Source: Theionarchaea archaeon
GTDB taxonomy: Archaea; Methanobacteriota_B; Thermococci; Methanofastidiosales; SZ-28-30
DNA: 64,000 bases
Assembly: GCA_018992685.1 (NCBI GenBank)
Contig: JACVGT010000013.1
Span: forward strand, 1 to 64,000
Reading direction: 5' to 3'
Below are positions 29,979-40,217 of the stretch, piece by piece; position 1 is the stretch's first letter, and each line of letters opens with the position of its first letter. The translations under genes were made by a program, and so were the position numbers. The notes beneath the pieces were generated by a model. That model had not been told where the DNA came from. It did no database searches and saw only the letters and a list, made by a program, of their open reading frames with translations.

Positions 29979-31985
29979 ATGGAAACCTCTATTGAAAAAA
30001 AAGATGCTCCCTCTTGCAGATTCATGGCGAAGTGTAAAGCACGTTCAGACGTGCTTCTCTTTGTACTGATAATGCTTGCTGTTCTTTTCTTTCTGGAAAC
30101 AAGCCGGGAACTCCTTGGTGCCACCTACAACATGAATTTGACCACGTTCTCAATCAACAGTTCGGTCATAGTGATCTTGCTGTTCTTCTCACCTGTCTTG
30201 TTCTTTTTCAAGCCTCAACCGCTGAGAATACCCTTGTTGATGGCAGGCGCAGGATTGCTCTTGGGTCTTGCTCGGCTCCTGATGGCATGTAGCCTACCTG
30301 TTGAAAGCTATCTGGTTTGTAATGCCATTGCTGTGGGAAGTGGTGGAATCTTCTTTACTGCTTTGATTCTTGAGAGTAGAAATCACTTCACATCTCTTGA
30401 GGCTGCACTTGCAGCTGCTTCTGGAGTGAGCATTGATGTGGTCTCTCGTATCTTGGGGAATACATTCGCCGTTACACTGTATGGGGTTACTGCTCACGAT
30501 ACAGTGTCTGCGGTTCTTACCGTGGTTCTGGTTGCACTATTCCTCCTGGCCCTGGCAGGCTGGTACTGTATTGCCAGAGTATCTCCCTCCAAAGAAGAAC
30601 CCTCTCAGTTCAGACTCTCTTCCGGAGTCTTCCTGGGCTTCGGCATGGGTGCCCTCGCTTTTCTGGTTGTAGGATTTCTCTTGTATCCCAATACAGTCGC
30701 TCGATGGGTTGGAGGGAACTATACAGAAATTGCTGCACTGGAGGCTGCTGCCCTTGCTGCTTTCCTGGCAGTGTCTCTAACCCCGTACCGAAAACATCTT
30801 CTCACCAATCACGCCCTCACTCTGGGAGGTCTTCTGATTGGTATTGCTGCATTGTCCATGGCATACTTGAGTGCGCCTCTGGTTGTTGCCGGGCTGACTG
30901 CTCTCGGTGTATTCTTCCTTCCTGCCCAAGTAGAAGGGATCGTAAGACACTTCTCTCAGAAAAAAGCAACTTCCAAGCAAATCGCCCTTGTAATGCTTCT
31001 TGGGGCTTTTGTTTTTGTGATTCTTATCTTCCTCTCCGTGTTTTCACTTACCTGGGCATTTGTGGGATTGAGTTTTCTCAGAGATCAAGGAAGGACGATC
31101 ATTCTCTGTGCAGTTCTACTCTTCCTGATATTCACCCCAATACCGAGATACGGCCACCTGAAATTTGAACCTTTTGCAGCCCCCACGAACCCGTTCTTTG
31201 TGGCAAGCATTGCAGTCCTTGTTCTGATAGGCGGGCTTGCAGGAGCTTTTGGTTACACTGTGGCTCCTCCTTCATCTCAAGAGGGCACTTTGACTGTGAT
31301 GACCTATAACTTACACCAGGGGTACAGCATGGACGGCAGGATCGATCCCTGGCAGATATTGGAACCGATTCAGGATGTATCTCCAGATATTCTTGTTTTA
31401 CAAGAATCCGATATGAACAGAGTATCCAGTACCAATGTGGACATCGTGCAGTGGTTATCCTGTCAACTGGACATGTATTACTATTTTGGTCCTTCTACGG
31501 GAGATCAGATTTATGGGGTCTCTATTCTATCCAGGTTCCCCTTATCCAACATGGTGACCTACTTTATGCCCAGCATTGAAGATCAGAGAGTACTGGTCCG
31601 AGCTGACATCCAGTGGTCGAGTGCTACCCTGTCTATTTACGCTGTGCACATGGGGCTGAGTGAAGAAGACCGCACAGCTCAGATTGCTTTCATACTGAAC
31701 ATTCTGAACCAGAATAAGAATCCTGCACTCTTGATGGGAGATACAAATTCTGTGCCCGATTCCCCACAGATAGTGAAGATAACCTGTGAGCTGAAGGATG
31801 CCTGGGTTGCTGCAGGTAATTCGCCCCTGGATCCTGCTGGAAATACCTTTGATTCTTTAGAACTGAATAAGCGAATTGATTACATACTTATCTCCCCACA
31901 CTTGAGGGCTGCCAGCTGCCATGTTGTTCGAGGAGTCTATGGATCTGATCACATACCCGTCTGGGCTGAGATTACCTGGGAATAA
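29979..31985 (+). CDS. Polytopic membrane protein with C-terminal endonuclease/exonuclease/phosphatase (EEP) domain
   Basis: About 430 aa of TM helices, then VMTYNLHQG, LVLQE, ILSRFP, MGDTN, RIDYI, SDHIPV. Confidence 0.85.
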   Translation: METSIEKKDAPSCRFMAKCKARSDVLLFVLIMLAVLFFLETSRELLGATYNMNLTTFSINSSVIVILLFFSPVLFFFKPQPLRIPLLMAGAGLLLGLARLLMACSLPVESYLVCNAIAVGSGGIFFTALILESRNHFTSLEAALAAASGVSIDVVSRILGNTFAVTLYGVTAHDTVSAVLTVVLVALFLLALAGWYCIARVSPSKEEPSQFRLSSGVFLGFGMGALAFLVVGFLLYPNTVARWVGGNYTEIAALEAAALAAFLAVSLTPYRKHLLTNHALTLGGLLIGIAALSMAYLSAPLVVAGLTALGVFFLPAQVEGIVRHFSQKKATSKQIALVMLLGAFVFVILIFLSVFSLTWAFVGLSFLRDQGRTIILCAVLLFLIFTPIPRYGHLKFEPFAAPTNPFFVASIAVLVLIGGLAGAFGYTVAPPSSQEGTLTVMTYNLHQGYSMDGRIDPWQILEPIQDVSPDILVLQESDMNRVSSTNVDIVQWLSCQLDMYYYFGPSTGDQIYGVSILSRFPLSNMVTYFMPSIEDQRVLVRADIQWSSATLSIYAVHMGLSEEDRTAQIAFILNILNQNKNPALLMGDTNSVPDSPQIVKITCELKDAWVAAGNSPLDPAGNTFDSLELNKRIDYILISPHLRAASCHVVRGVYGSDHIPVWAEITWE

Positions 31986-32055
31986 CCTTTTTCTTTTCAT
32001 TTCTTTTCTTTGGCTTTTTCAACCCAGTCTTCATTTCTCTTTCCTTTTTCTCTCT
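31986..32055 (+). terminator. Oligo-T terminator
   Basis: Repeated T runs after the stop. Confidence 0.55.
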
Positions 32056-32208
32056 GGTAATTGATAGTGACACAGCTTGATGGAGAGCAAATAGACCTCA
32101 ACTCCAACACTCTTTTGCTTTCTGCCGTGCACGAATTTCCCACGTACGCTTTCAAGGCAGAGAACCTTCCAGAGAAAAGTATTATAACTCATCAGCAGAA
32201 CGTCACAC

Positions 32209-33000
32209 ATGGATACATCTTCTCTCCAGAACCTTGCCACTGCAATCAAGAAATCATCACGAATTGTCTCTCTTACGGGAGCTGGCATCTCTGTCGCTTC
32301 TGGCATTCCGGATTTCAGGTCGGAAGGAGGATTGTGGACCCGGTACGATCCTTCTCTGTATGCATCCTATTCAAAGTTCGTTGAAGACCCTTCCTACTTC
32401 TGGGAGATGCACATAGAGACCATGCGCCTCATTGACAGAGCCCGGCCCAATCCAGCCCACAGGGCGCTGGCCGATCTGGAAGAATTAGGTCTCCTCAAGG
32501 GAGTCATCACTCAGAATATTGACGGACTGCACCAGGATGCAGGAACCAGCACCGTTTACGAGCTCCACGGCACCAATAAGACCAGTTCCTGTATCATTTG
32601 CAGAAGACAATATCCCACAAAAGAGATTGCTGACCACATCTTCTCCTTCCAGAAGGAAGATCTCATCAGAAAAATGCGGAGGGGAAATGAAATTCCGGCC
32701 TGCGATTGTGGCGGATGGATAAAGCCAGACGTTATCCTGTTCGGCGAGAAAATGTCACATGAGGTTGCTGTCGCTGCGCAAGAGCTTGCGTCTTCCTGTG
32801 ACCTTCTCTTGGTAGTGGGAACGAGTCTGCAGGTTCAGCCCGCTGCGTCCCTTCCCTTCGCCACCAAGCACAACGGAGGCGCAATAGCCTTCATCAACAG
32901 AGAGCCCACCTTCTTGAACAGAATCGCCGACCACGTATTTCTGGGAAAGGCAGAAGAAATCCTGCCTGAACTAGTCAACATGCTGAATGCCGCTACCTGA
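32209..33000 (+). CDS. cobB: NAD-dependent protein deacylase (sirtuin)
   Basis: TGAGISVASGIPDFR, ITQNIDGLH, ELHG, CIIC...CDC, KPDVILFGE, GTSLQVQPAA. Confidence 0.95.
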   Translation: MDTSSLQNLATAIKKSSRIVSLTGAGISVASGIPDFRSEGGLWTRYDPSLYASYSKFVEDPSYFWEMHIETMRLIDRARPNPAHRALADLEELGLLKGVITQNIDGLHQDAGTSTVYELHGTNKTSSCIICRRQYPTKEIADHIFSFQKEDLIRKMRRGNEIPACDCGGWIKPDVILFGEKMSHEVAVAAQELASSCDLLLVVGTSLQVQPAASLPFATKHNGGAIAFINREPTFLNRIADHVFLGKAEEILPELVNMLNAAT

Positions 33001-33811
33001 GTGCAGATCTCACCTTTTCCGGGGTCAGAATTCCATACTCTGTGATAAATCCTCTAAAATACTTGAGAGGAGTTCCATCAAAGTAGTAGTTTTTCACTCG
33101 AATGTTCTCATGTTTTTCAACAAGGACTTCATCTGGGTCTCTTTCTTCAATGGTAACATTCCGCCTGGTAAACTTGCTGGTAGAACATGCTACATATGTG
33201 GGGTAACACTTCGCTAGCAATTTTGTGCCAATCTTGTTGATAACATAATCAGGGGTGACTGAGTCCGCACCCACCAAGACAAAATCTGGGTTGAACAGGG
33301 AGGCAGCAGCGTCCACGATGAAAATCACCTCTATGCCTTTGGCAGCTAGCGACTCCGCCAGTAATTTCCCCTCGTAGTTTGGTCTACTCTCTGTGACAAT
33401 CAGGTAAAATGGATTCTCCTTATATGCATGGACTAAGATCTTTTCCACTGTAGAGCTTCTGCTGTGGGCTAACACTGTGGCCCCTTTCCTGATAAGGGAG
33501 CTCCCATGCTGTACGATGATTTCTTCTGCTTTTTTCAGCAATTGAACCCTTTCTCTGGTGGTGGCTCTGACACGTTCCAGTGCTTCCTGCAGAGTTTTCC
33601 CTTCCACAGCTGCATCCAGGACATGAAAAAGCTCGTTTTGAAGAGAAACCATACTCCGGTGAGCATCCGAAATCTTGGAGCACTGTTCTTCAATGAGGCG
33701 GAGGAACTGCTCTCGTGATGTGAACTCTCTTTCAGTGAATCTAAATAAATGGACAAGGGCTTTTTCAGTCAGTACCGCAGCTCCAGATACGTTGTCCTCT
33801 TCAATGCTCAT
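32993..33811 (-). CDS. eIF-2B alpha/beta/delta-like protein
   Basis: SGA, AHSRSSTV, TESRPNYEG, VDAA, VLVGADSV, INKIGT, FD.TP. Confidence 0.88.
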   Translation of the reverse strand: MSIEEDNVSGAAVLTEKALVHLFRFTEREFTSREQFLRLIEEQCSKISDAHRSMVSLQNELFHVLDAAVEGKTLQEALERVRATTRERVQLLKKAEEIIVQHGSSLIRKGATVLAHSRSSTVEKILVHAYKENPFYLIVTESRPNYEGKLLAESLAAKGIEVIFIVDAAASLFNPDFVLVGADSVTPDYVINKIGTKLLAKCYPTYVACSTSKFTRRNVTIEERDPDEVLVEKHENIRVKNYYFDGTPLKYFRGFITEYGILTPEKVRSALR

Positions 33812-33991
33812 GCATAAAGGTTCTTTTCATTGTATAAGAGGGTTTGGTTTCCGTTCATGGAATCGAACTCAGACTCAGTGCGATCCTCTTTCAACGTACA
33901 CGGATACATGGAAAGAGCCCCATGCATCCTGAGAACTGGACCAAATTGCTGATAACAAAACACATATAAACCTGAGCTGACATCGTAGTCC

Positions 33992-34441
33992 ATGGCAGAC
34001 ATTATCGTCAACAGGAAGAGCTTCAAGCAACTTCCCAGAATGACCAGGGACTTCATGAAGCGGGCTTCTTCAGAAATCGATATCATAACCCGCTCTTTTA
34101 CCTGGGCAGATGATGAGACTCTGGAAACCATGTACGCTCTGATAAACAAAGGTGTTAGGATTAACATTGTGGGAAAATATGGAGATGAATCGAAAGAAAT
34201 CATTAAGCAGCTGATAAAGCTTGGTGCCACAGTAAAGCTTCACGAATTCGCTGGTGAAGCCCGTTTCATGATCATTGATGAGAAAGAAGTCGTTTTCGCC
34301 ATCAGAGAACCTCTCACTCCAACAGAACGGCACTATGTTGGTATCTTGATGAAGGATGAATCCACCGCACGAACAGTAAAACAGTACGTTTTTGATGCAA
34401 TATTCAAGGAGGCTGAGGAAGCATCCTATGTTGTCTCTTGA
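33992..34441 (+). CDS. Stand-alone TrmB effector-binding/PLD-like domain protein
   Basis: A.SEIDI, KGVRINIV, RFMIIDEKEV; no HTH and no intact HKD; overlaps the bshC start. Confidence 0.6.
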   Translation: MADIIVNRKSFKQLPRMTRDFMKRASSEIDIITRSFTWADDETLETMYALINKGVRINIVGKYGDESKEIIKQLIKLGATVKLHEFAGEARFMIIDEKEVVFAIREPLTPTERHYVGILMKDESTARTVKQYVFDAIFKEAEEASYVVS

Positions 34442-35948
34442 TCCTCGCCTTTACCTTTCAGGACTTCCCCTGGATTACTTCACCAACTTTTGCAAAGTTG
34501 CCTCCTATTTCTCTGCAGACTACCATACGATAATGTCAAAGAAAAGTGCTATATCTGATGAGGTTATTTCCTCCATTGAATCTTATAATAGAGAGATAGG
34601 AGCAAGTTCCCTCGTCTTTGAGAATATCGCCCGGTTGCAGGAGAACTCTCCCGTGGTGACCGGACAGCAGCCCTGCTTACTGACAGGACCATTGTTCGTC
34701 GTTTACAAGGCACTGACGGCAGTACTCCTGGCAGAAAAGCATGGGACGGTGCCCATATTCTGGAACGCCTCAGAGGATGATGATGCAGTCGAGGTAAACC
34801 ACATCTGGGTTCACAATACAAAGCTTGAAGAAATCTCCATTTCCCTTGAGTCAGGACCTTTCTTCACTTCAGATATCAGTCCTCAAGAGAAGACCCATGT
34901 AATCACCATGCTCAGAGAGTTGACACCCCCAACCGAGTTCCGCGAACCTGTTCTGGACATGATCAGTGCAAGTTCGGAAAGGTTTTCTCAGATGTTCTCT
35001 CAGCTCCTATCGACTTTGTGCAGCGAGTACGGACTTATCATGGTGGAACCACATCTTTTCTATGAACATGCTATTCCTCTCTATGAACAACTGATCACTC
35101 ATCCCTTGAGAGCCACAGCACTGGTGAATGAAGCGGGCAACCACCTTGAAGACATGGGATATAAAAGACAGGTGCACAAGCCAGCAGAGATGTGCAGTTT
35201 CTTCATTCTTGAACGTGGACACCGACATTCAGTAACCTTTGATGGAGTATTCCATGTGGAAGATGAATCGTTCACGACTCCAGAAATGCTGGCCTACCTA
35301 TATGATCATCCAGGACAGGTTATTTCGTCAGTGATCTCCAGGCCGCTCGTCCAGGACTTCCTCTTATCAACGGCGGCGTACTGTGCTGGACCAGGCGAGG
35401 TATCATATTTCGCCCAGATGAAACGCGTGTACGAGTTCTTCAAGGTCAAAGAACCTGCCATCGTGCCCAGGCTTGGAGCAACTCTCATGGAGCCCAAGGT
35501 GCGCAAAGTGCTGGAAAAGTACGCATTAGAGGTTTCTGAACTTAGAGAGCCGGAAAAGGTATTGAAATCAATAGTAAAGGAGAATATCGAAGAATTCTTT
35601 GATGTACAGAAGAAAGAGGTTTTTCAGATCATGGGAGGTATCCAGGAGTACATCACACAGGTAGACGAGAGTCTGAAAAGAACTGGGGCAGCCATGACAA
35701 ATCACATTCTGCAGGACCTCAAGAGGTTGGAAGACAAGACAGCCTCTGCTCTCAAGAAAAAAAACGAAATTGTACTGCAGCAGATAATGAAAGCCTCTTC
35801 CAACACATTTCCCAATAATGCTCTCCAGGAAAGGATGCTCAACATATTCCAGTATATAATCCGGTATGACACTGTCGTAGAAGCAATATACGAATCATTC
35901 CGTCACGCGGTTCCAGGAGAACACCTCATACTCCCCCTTGGTGATTGA
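34428..35948 (+). CDS. bshC: Bacillithiol biosynthesis cysteine-adding enzyme BshC
   Basis: VVTGQQ..LLTGPLF.VYKA, PIFW.ASEDDD..EVNH, SRPLVQD.LL...AY.AGPGEVSYFAQ, PR, LQER. Confidence 0.9.
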   Translation: MLSLDPRLYLSGLPLDYFTNFCKVASYFSADYHTIMSKKSAISDEVISSIESYNREIGASSLVFENIARLQENSPVVTGQQPCLLTGPLFVVYKALTAVLLAEKHGTVPIFWNASEDDDAVEVNHIWVHNTKLEEISISLESGPFFTSDISPQEKTHVITMLRELTPPTEFREPVLDMISASSERFSQMFSQLLSTLCSEYGLIMVEPHLFYEHAIPLYEQLITHPLRATALVNEAGNHLEDMGYKRQVHKPAEMCSFFILERGHRHSVTFDGVFHVEDESFTTPEMLAYLYDHPGQVISSVISRPLVQDFLLSTAAYCAGPGEVSYFAQMKRVYEFFKVKEPAIVPRLGATLMEPKVRKVLEKYALEVSELREPEKVLKSIVKENIEEFFDVQKKEVFQIMGGIQEYITQVDESLKRTGAAMTNHILQDLKRLEDKTASALKKKNEIVLQQIMKASSNTFPNNALQERMLNIFQYIIRYDTVVEAIYESFRHAVPGEHLILPLGD

Positions 35949-36611
35949 ATGGATGTCCTTGCATTTTCACCTCATCCCGATGATGCCGAATTGGGAACTG
36001 GCGGCTTCCTCTTAGAGATGCGAAAAAAAGGGTATACCACAGGAATTGTGGATCTAACAGCTGGAGAACTGAGCAGCGCTGCCACTGCTGAAATCAGGGC
36101 GGCAGAATCAGAGGAAGCTTCTCGCCTTCTGGATCTAGAAGTCAGGGAAACCATGAACTTCAGAGACGGCAGCCTTACAGATTCATTTGACTCCCGGTTA
36201 CAGGTGGCAGAAATCATCAGAAGGTATAAGCCCCGGGTTGTGTTGGCGCCATACCACGAAGACCGTCATCCTGACCATGTGGCCTGTTCTCTCACGGTAA
36301 AGTCTGCTGTCCTCTATGCACGCCTCAAGAAACTCGGAGAACCACATTACCTCACCCACCTCTACTATTACATGCTGAATACTCCTTTTGCACCAACCTT
36401 CATCATGGATATATCTCATTCCTTCGAAAAGAAGATGGAAGTCCTTTCATGTTATAGATCTCAATTCGGGGCAGAGATTCCCCTTCTCAAAGACTACATA
36501 CCGCACGCACGGACAAAGGCCTCCTACTATGGATCATTGGTCTCTGTGGCATATGGTGAACCCTTTGGGATAGAAGGATTTTTAAAAGTAAGTGACCCTG
36601 TTAATCCATGA
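35949..36611 (+). CDS. bshB1: N-acetylglucosaminyl-L-malate deacetylase BshB1
   Basis: DVLAFSPHPDDAELG, DLTAGE, R.AE, IRRYKP, DRHPDH, Y.SQF, YGEPF; lies between bshC and bshA. Confidence 0.9.
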   Translation: MDVLAFSPHPDDAELGTGGFLLEMRKKGYTTGIVDLTAGELSSAATAEIRAAESEEASRLLDLEVRETMNFRDGSLTDSFDSRLQVAEIIRRYKPRVVLAPYHEDRHPDHVACSLTVKSAVLYARLKKLGEPHYLTHLYYYMLNTPFAPTFIMDISHSFEKKMEVLSCYRSQFGAEIPLLKDYIPHARTKASYYGSLVSVAYGEPFGIEGFLKVSDPVNP

Positions 36612-37687
36612 GAATTGGGATCACCTGTTACCCCACCTTTGGAGGGAGTGGCGTGCTGGCCTCAGAACTTGGCCGTCAGCTCTCCAAGACCCATGACGTG
36701 CATTTCATCTGCTATGCACGGCCCTTCCGTCTAGAAGGGACAGATATCCCTTTTCACAAAGTCGATGTTCTGGCATATCCCCTCTTTAAATTTCCCCCAT
36801 ATACGCTGGCGCTGGCCTCTAAAATGCTGGAAGTGGTCCAGGAAGAAACCCTGGATATCCTCCACGTTCATTATGCAGTTCCCCATTCCACATCTGCATA
36901 CTTGGCCAAGAAGCTACTCAAAGACTCCATCAAGGTCGTGACCACGCTGCATGGGACCGATGTCCAGCTCGTGGGACTAGATCCTTCGTACTACAGTATA
37001 ACGAAGTTCTCTATTGAACAGGCAGATGGTGTTTCTGCAGTCTCAGAATCTCTGAAGAATTCCACCAAGGAGAGATTCAACATTGAAAAGGATATTCAGG
37101 TCATTTACAACTTTGTGGATCCTGCTCGATACTGGACGGAGGACCATGAGAAAAAGGTAGTCACTCACATGTCCAATTTCAGGCATATTAAGAGAATTCC
37201 CGATGTTATTGATGCATTCTGTAAAATCTCGTCTTTGGTACCTGCAAACCTGTACCTGGTGGGTGATGGGCCAGACCTGCCGTTAGCTGAAGAAATGGTT
37301 AAGAAATGCAAGATACAAGACAAGACAACGTTTTTTGGAAATGTCTGCTCCATAGAGGAAATACTGGCCAGGACTGACATATTCCTTCTGCCCAGTGGAC
37401 AGGAGAGTTTCGGACTCGCAGCTCTTGAAGCTATGGCTTCCTCTGTGCCTGTGATAGCCACTAATGTAGGAGGACTACCTGAGTTTATCGATCATGGAGA
37501 AAATGGGTTCTTGTGCCCCTTGGGAGATACACAAGCCATGGCAGAATATGCAGTTGAGCTGCTCCGGGATGAAAACTATCGAAAGGAAGTTGGCAAGAAA
37601 GCCAGAAGAAAAGTCGAAAAATGGTTTACTCCTGAGATTATTGTACCCCAATATGAAGCTTTCTATGAATCAGTGTTAACAGCGTAA
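36608..37687 (+). CDS. bshA: N-acetyl-alpha-D-glucosaminyl L-malate synthase BshA (GT4)
   Basis: MRIGITCYPTFGGSGV.A.ELG, YPLF.FPPY.LALASKM, LHVHYAVPH, TTLHGTD, HMSNFR..KR, ESFGLAALEAM. Confidence 0.95.
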   Translation: MRIGITCYPTFGGSGVLASELGRQLSKTHDVHFICYARPFRLEGTDIPFHKVDVLAYPLFKFPPYTLALASKMLEVVQEETLDILHVHYAVPHSTSAYLAKKLLKDSIKVVTTLHGTDVQLVGLDPSYYSITKFSIEQADGVSAVSESLKNSTKERFNIEKDIQVIYNFVDPARYWTEDHEKKVVTHMSNFRHIKRIPDVIDAFCKISSLVPANLYLVGDGPDLPLAEEMVKKCKIQDKTTFFGNVCSIEEILARTDIFLLPSGQESFGLAALEAMASSVPVIATNVGGLPEFIDHGENGFLCPLGDTQAMAEYAVELLRDENYRKEVGKKARRKVEKWFTPEIIVPQYEAFYESVLTA

Positions 37688-37770
37688 CAGTGATAGGAGA
37701 GATTTATATCCTCCTTCGAAGATAATATGCCAGCCATACCACAAAAATAGGGTAAAAAAAGGGAAAAGGA

Positions 37771-38682
37771 TTAGATTTCTACCTGCAGCCCCAGTTCATC
37801 CTGGAGCTCTTTGTATCTATTGCGGATGGTGACCTCAGTGACATTAGCCACATCTGAGACTTCCCGCTGTGTTTTTCTCTCGTCCTCCAAGATAGAAGCT
37901 ATGTAGAGCGAAGCGGCCGCGATGCCCTTAGGACTCCTACCAGAGAGTAGTTCTCTGTCGATTGCCTCTTTCAGTATTTCTGAAGCCTTCCTCTGGACTG
38001 CAGGGGATACTCCCAGTTGAGAGGCGAATCGAGGTAGGTAATCCATAGGATTAGTGGGAGGTAAATTGAAGCCCAGTTCCCGCATAATATAGCGGTAATC
38101 CTTGGCAATCTCCTTTTTTTCCACTCTGGCGTGTTCACTTATTTCATCCAGTGTCCGCGGCACTCTGCACTGGCGGCATGCAGCATAGAGGCAGGCAGAT
38201 GCCATCCCCTCTATGGATCTCCCTCTAATCAAATCTTCTTCCAGACACCGCCTGTACAGCACTGCTGCTGCTTCCCGAATATTCTTGGGTAATTTCAGAT
38301 GAGAGGACAGGCGCACAATCTCAGTCAGGGCAAAAGCCAAATTGCGAGCAGCTGAAGAGGAAACCTTCATCCTGCTCTGCCATTTGCGCATCCTGTAGAC
38401 CTGTGCCCTGCGCCTTGGAGAAAGGTCTCTGCCATGAACATCCTTGTTTCTCCAATCAATCTCTGTGGAAAGGCCCTTATCATGGATCATATATGTCATG
38501 GGGGCACCCGTGCGCTCCCTTTCATCTCTTTGCTCAGAGTCAAAAGCTCTCCATTCAGGACCCATATCGAGAATCCCTTCCTCGATCACCAACCCACAAT
38601 TGCTACACACTATCTCTGCCCTATCATAGTCCTGAACAAGGCCTTTGCTCTTGCATTCAGGACATATTTTGTCACGTAACAT
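37771..38682 (-). CDS. tfb: Transcription initiation factor IIB (TFB)
   Basis: CPEC...CSNCG Zn ribbon, [48 protein letters not shown]. Confidence 0.97.
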   Translation of the reverse strand: MLRDKICPECKSKGLVQDYDRAEIVCSNCGLVIEEGILDMGPEWRAFDSEQRDERERTGAPMTYMIHDKGLSTEIDWRNKDVHGRDLSPRRRAQVYRMRKWQSRMKVSSSAARNLAFALTEIVRLSSHLKLPKNIREAAAVLYRRCLEEDLIRGRSIEGMASACLYAACRQCRVPRTLDEISEHARVEKKEIAKDYRYIMRELGFNLPPTNPMDYLPRFASQLGVSPAVQRKASEILKEAIDRELLSGRSPKGIAAASLYIASILEDERKTQREVSDVANVTEVTIRNRYKELQDELGLQVEI

Positions 38683-38903
38683 AACGTCACCTAATAATAT
38701 GGGTTAATCTGTGTCAATGTACACTACCTATTAGAATTCAATGTGTCCCGGGAACCCATTCCACTTCTCATGTTCTGACATATATTATAGTGAAAACTAT
38801 ATAAAGCTTTCGGTTGCCGGTGCTATCGCTGTACCGAAAGTGGAAGGTATTCCATCTTTTATCTCTCTTTTTTCCTCCTCGACACTTCTCGAGGAAAGTC
38901 AGA

Positions 38904-40217
38904 TCAGACACTATCTTCCAAAAGCTTCTTCATCAGCTCCAGCTTCTTCTCTTTGGCAAATCGGAGTTTATTCATCTTCTTTAACTCTACCTGTCGGGTG
39001 AACAGCATGGTGTCAGGTTCCAGGTTCTCGTCCACCATGACATGAGACCCCACGATAGAATTGGGACCGATCCTCATCCCAGGCAAGATGGAAGCATTGA
39101 TGCCAGTCTTGCAGTTCTCCCCCATGACGCACCCGAACTTGTCCATCCCCGTTTCCACAGACTGCGCATTGATTTTCACCTTCACCTGCTTTTCATCAAA
39201 GCGGAAGTTGGCAGTGACTGTCCCCGACCCAAAAGAGCATCCATCGAGGATGATGGAGTCACCCACATAATTGGTGTGAAACCAGCAGTCGGCTCCGATG
39301 TAACAATTCTTTACCTCTGTAGAGAACCCAACCACTGTCCGTGCTCCGATATGAGAATAATCTCTCACCAGAGAGTTGTTCCCAATGATGCACCCTGGAC
39401 CCAGATACGCAGGCCCATGGACAGTGGCATACTCAAAGACTCTCACATCTTCTTCAATTATGACCTTGCCTTTTATGGTAGCTTTTTCAGAAATCTCCGC
39501 AGACTCTGCAACCCGGGGCAGTGCTGTGTCCATGAAATAACGTGTGGCTGCAAAGATGTGCCAGGGATACTTGACAGCAGTCCAGAACCCGTCATACATC
39601 ACGGGTGAAAACACAAATCCTTCCTTTATCATGGAAGTGAGGGCTTTCTCATACACGTCATCACGAGAACTTTCTGTCTTTTCCAGGAATTTCAACAGGG
39701 TATCGGCATCCCTGTGGTAGTGCACCACAAGGTTTACCAGATCGGAGGGTTCATTCCCCGCTCCGGGTTTTTCCATGATACCCTTGACTTTTCCTTGGTC
39801 AACTATGAGATACCCGCCCGGGAAGTATTTCTGCACCTTGTATCCAAGAATGCACGCATCACTCTCGCCTTCACGTGCAGCGAACATATTGTGGTACGCA
39901 GAAGATTCAAACAGGTCATTGGGGTTTACCACCAAGATTTCATCGCCTGAGATGACCTCTCTTGCAGCAAGGAGCGCATCTGCCATCCCTAGAGGATGTT
40001 TCTGCACCACGTAAGCATGAGCATTGCCAGCCACTTCTTTGATATCTGAAATATTCTCGGGGTTGGAGACGATGACAAAATCATTCACGCCTGCTCTCTG
40101 AGCCAGCTCGATTTGATGTAAGATGAGTTCTTTGCCCAGAAACTTTAGCAGACATTTCTCCTTTACAATAGGGAACATTCGTTTCCCCACGCCGCCTGCA
40201 AGGAAGACAATCTTCAT
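38904..40217 (-). CDS. Bifunctional sugar-1-phosphate nucleotidyltransferase/acetyltransferase (GlmU-like)
   Basis: LAGGVGKRMFP, PLGMADAL, EKP, YPW; hexapeptide tail with NYVGDS, TANFRFD, KTGINAS. Confidence 0.88.
   Translation of the reverse strand: MKIVFLAGGVGKRMFPIVKEKCLLKFLGKELILHQIELAQRAGVNDFVIVSNPENISDIKEVAGNAHAYVVQKHPLGMADALLAAREVISGDEILVVNPNDLFESSAYHNMFAAREGESDACILGYKVQKYFPGGYLIVDQGKVKGIMEKPGAGNEPSDLVNLVVHYHRDADTLLKFLEKTESSRDDVYEKALTSMIKEGFVFSPVMYDGFWTAVKYPWHIFAATRYFMDTALPRVAESAEISEKATIKGKVIIEEDVRVFEYATVHGPAYLGPGCIIGNNSLVRDYSHIGARTVVGFSTEVKNCYIGADCWFHTNYVGDSIILDGCSFGSGTVTANFRFDEKQVKVKINAQSVETGMDKFGCVMGENCKTGINASILPGMRIGPNSIVGSHVMVDENLEPDTMLFTRQVELKKMNKLRFAKEKKLELMKKLLEDSV

Noticed and set aside
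38888-38903. GAGGAAAGTC resembling the RNase P RNA P4 motif
   Set aside because: Runs directly into the GlmU-like CDS, with no matching 3' P4 strand
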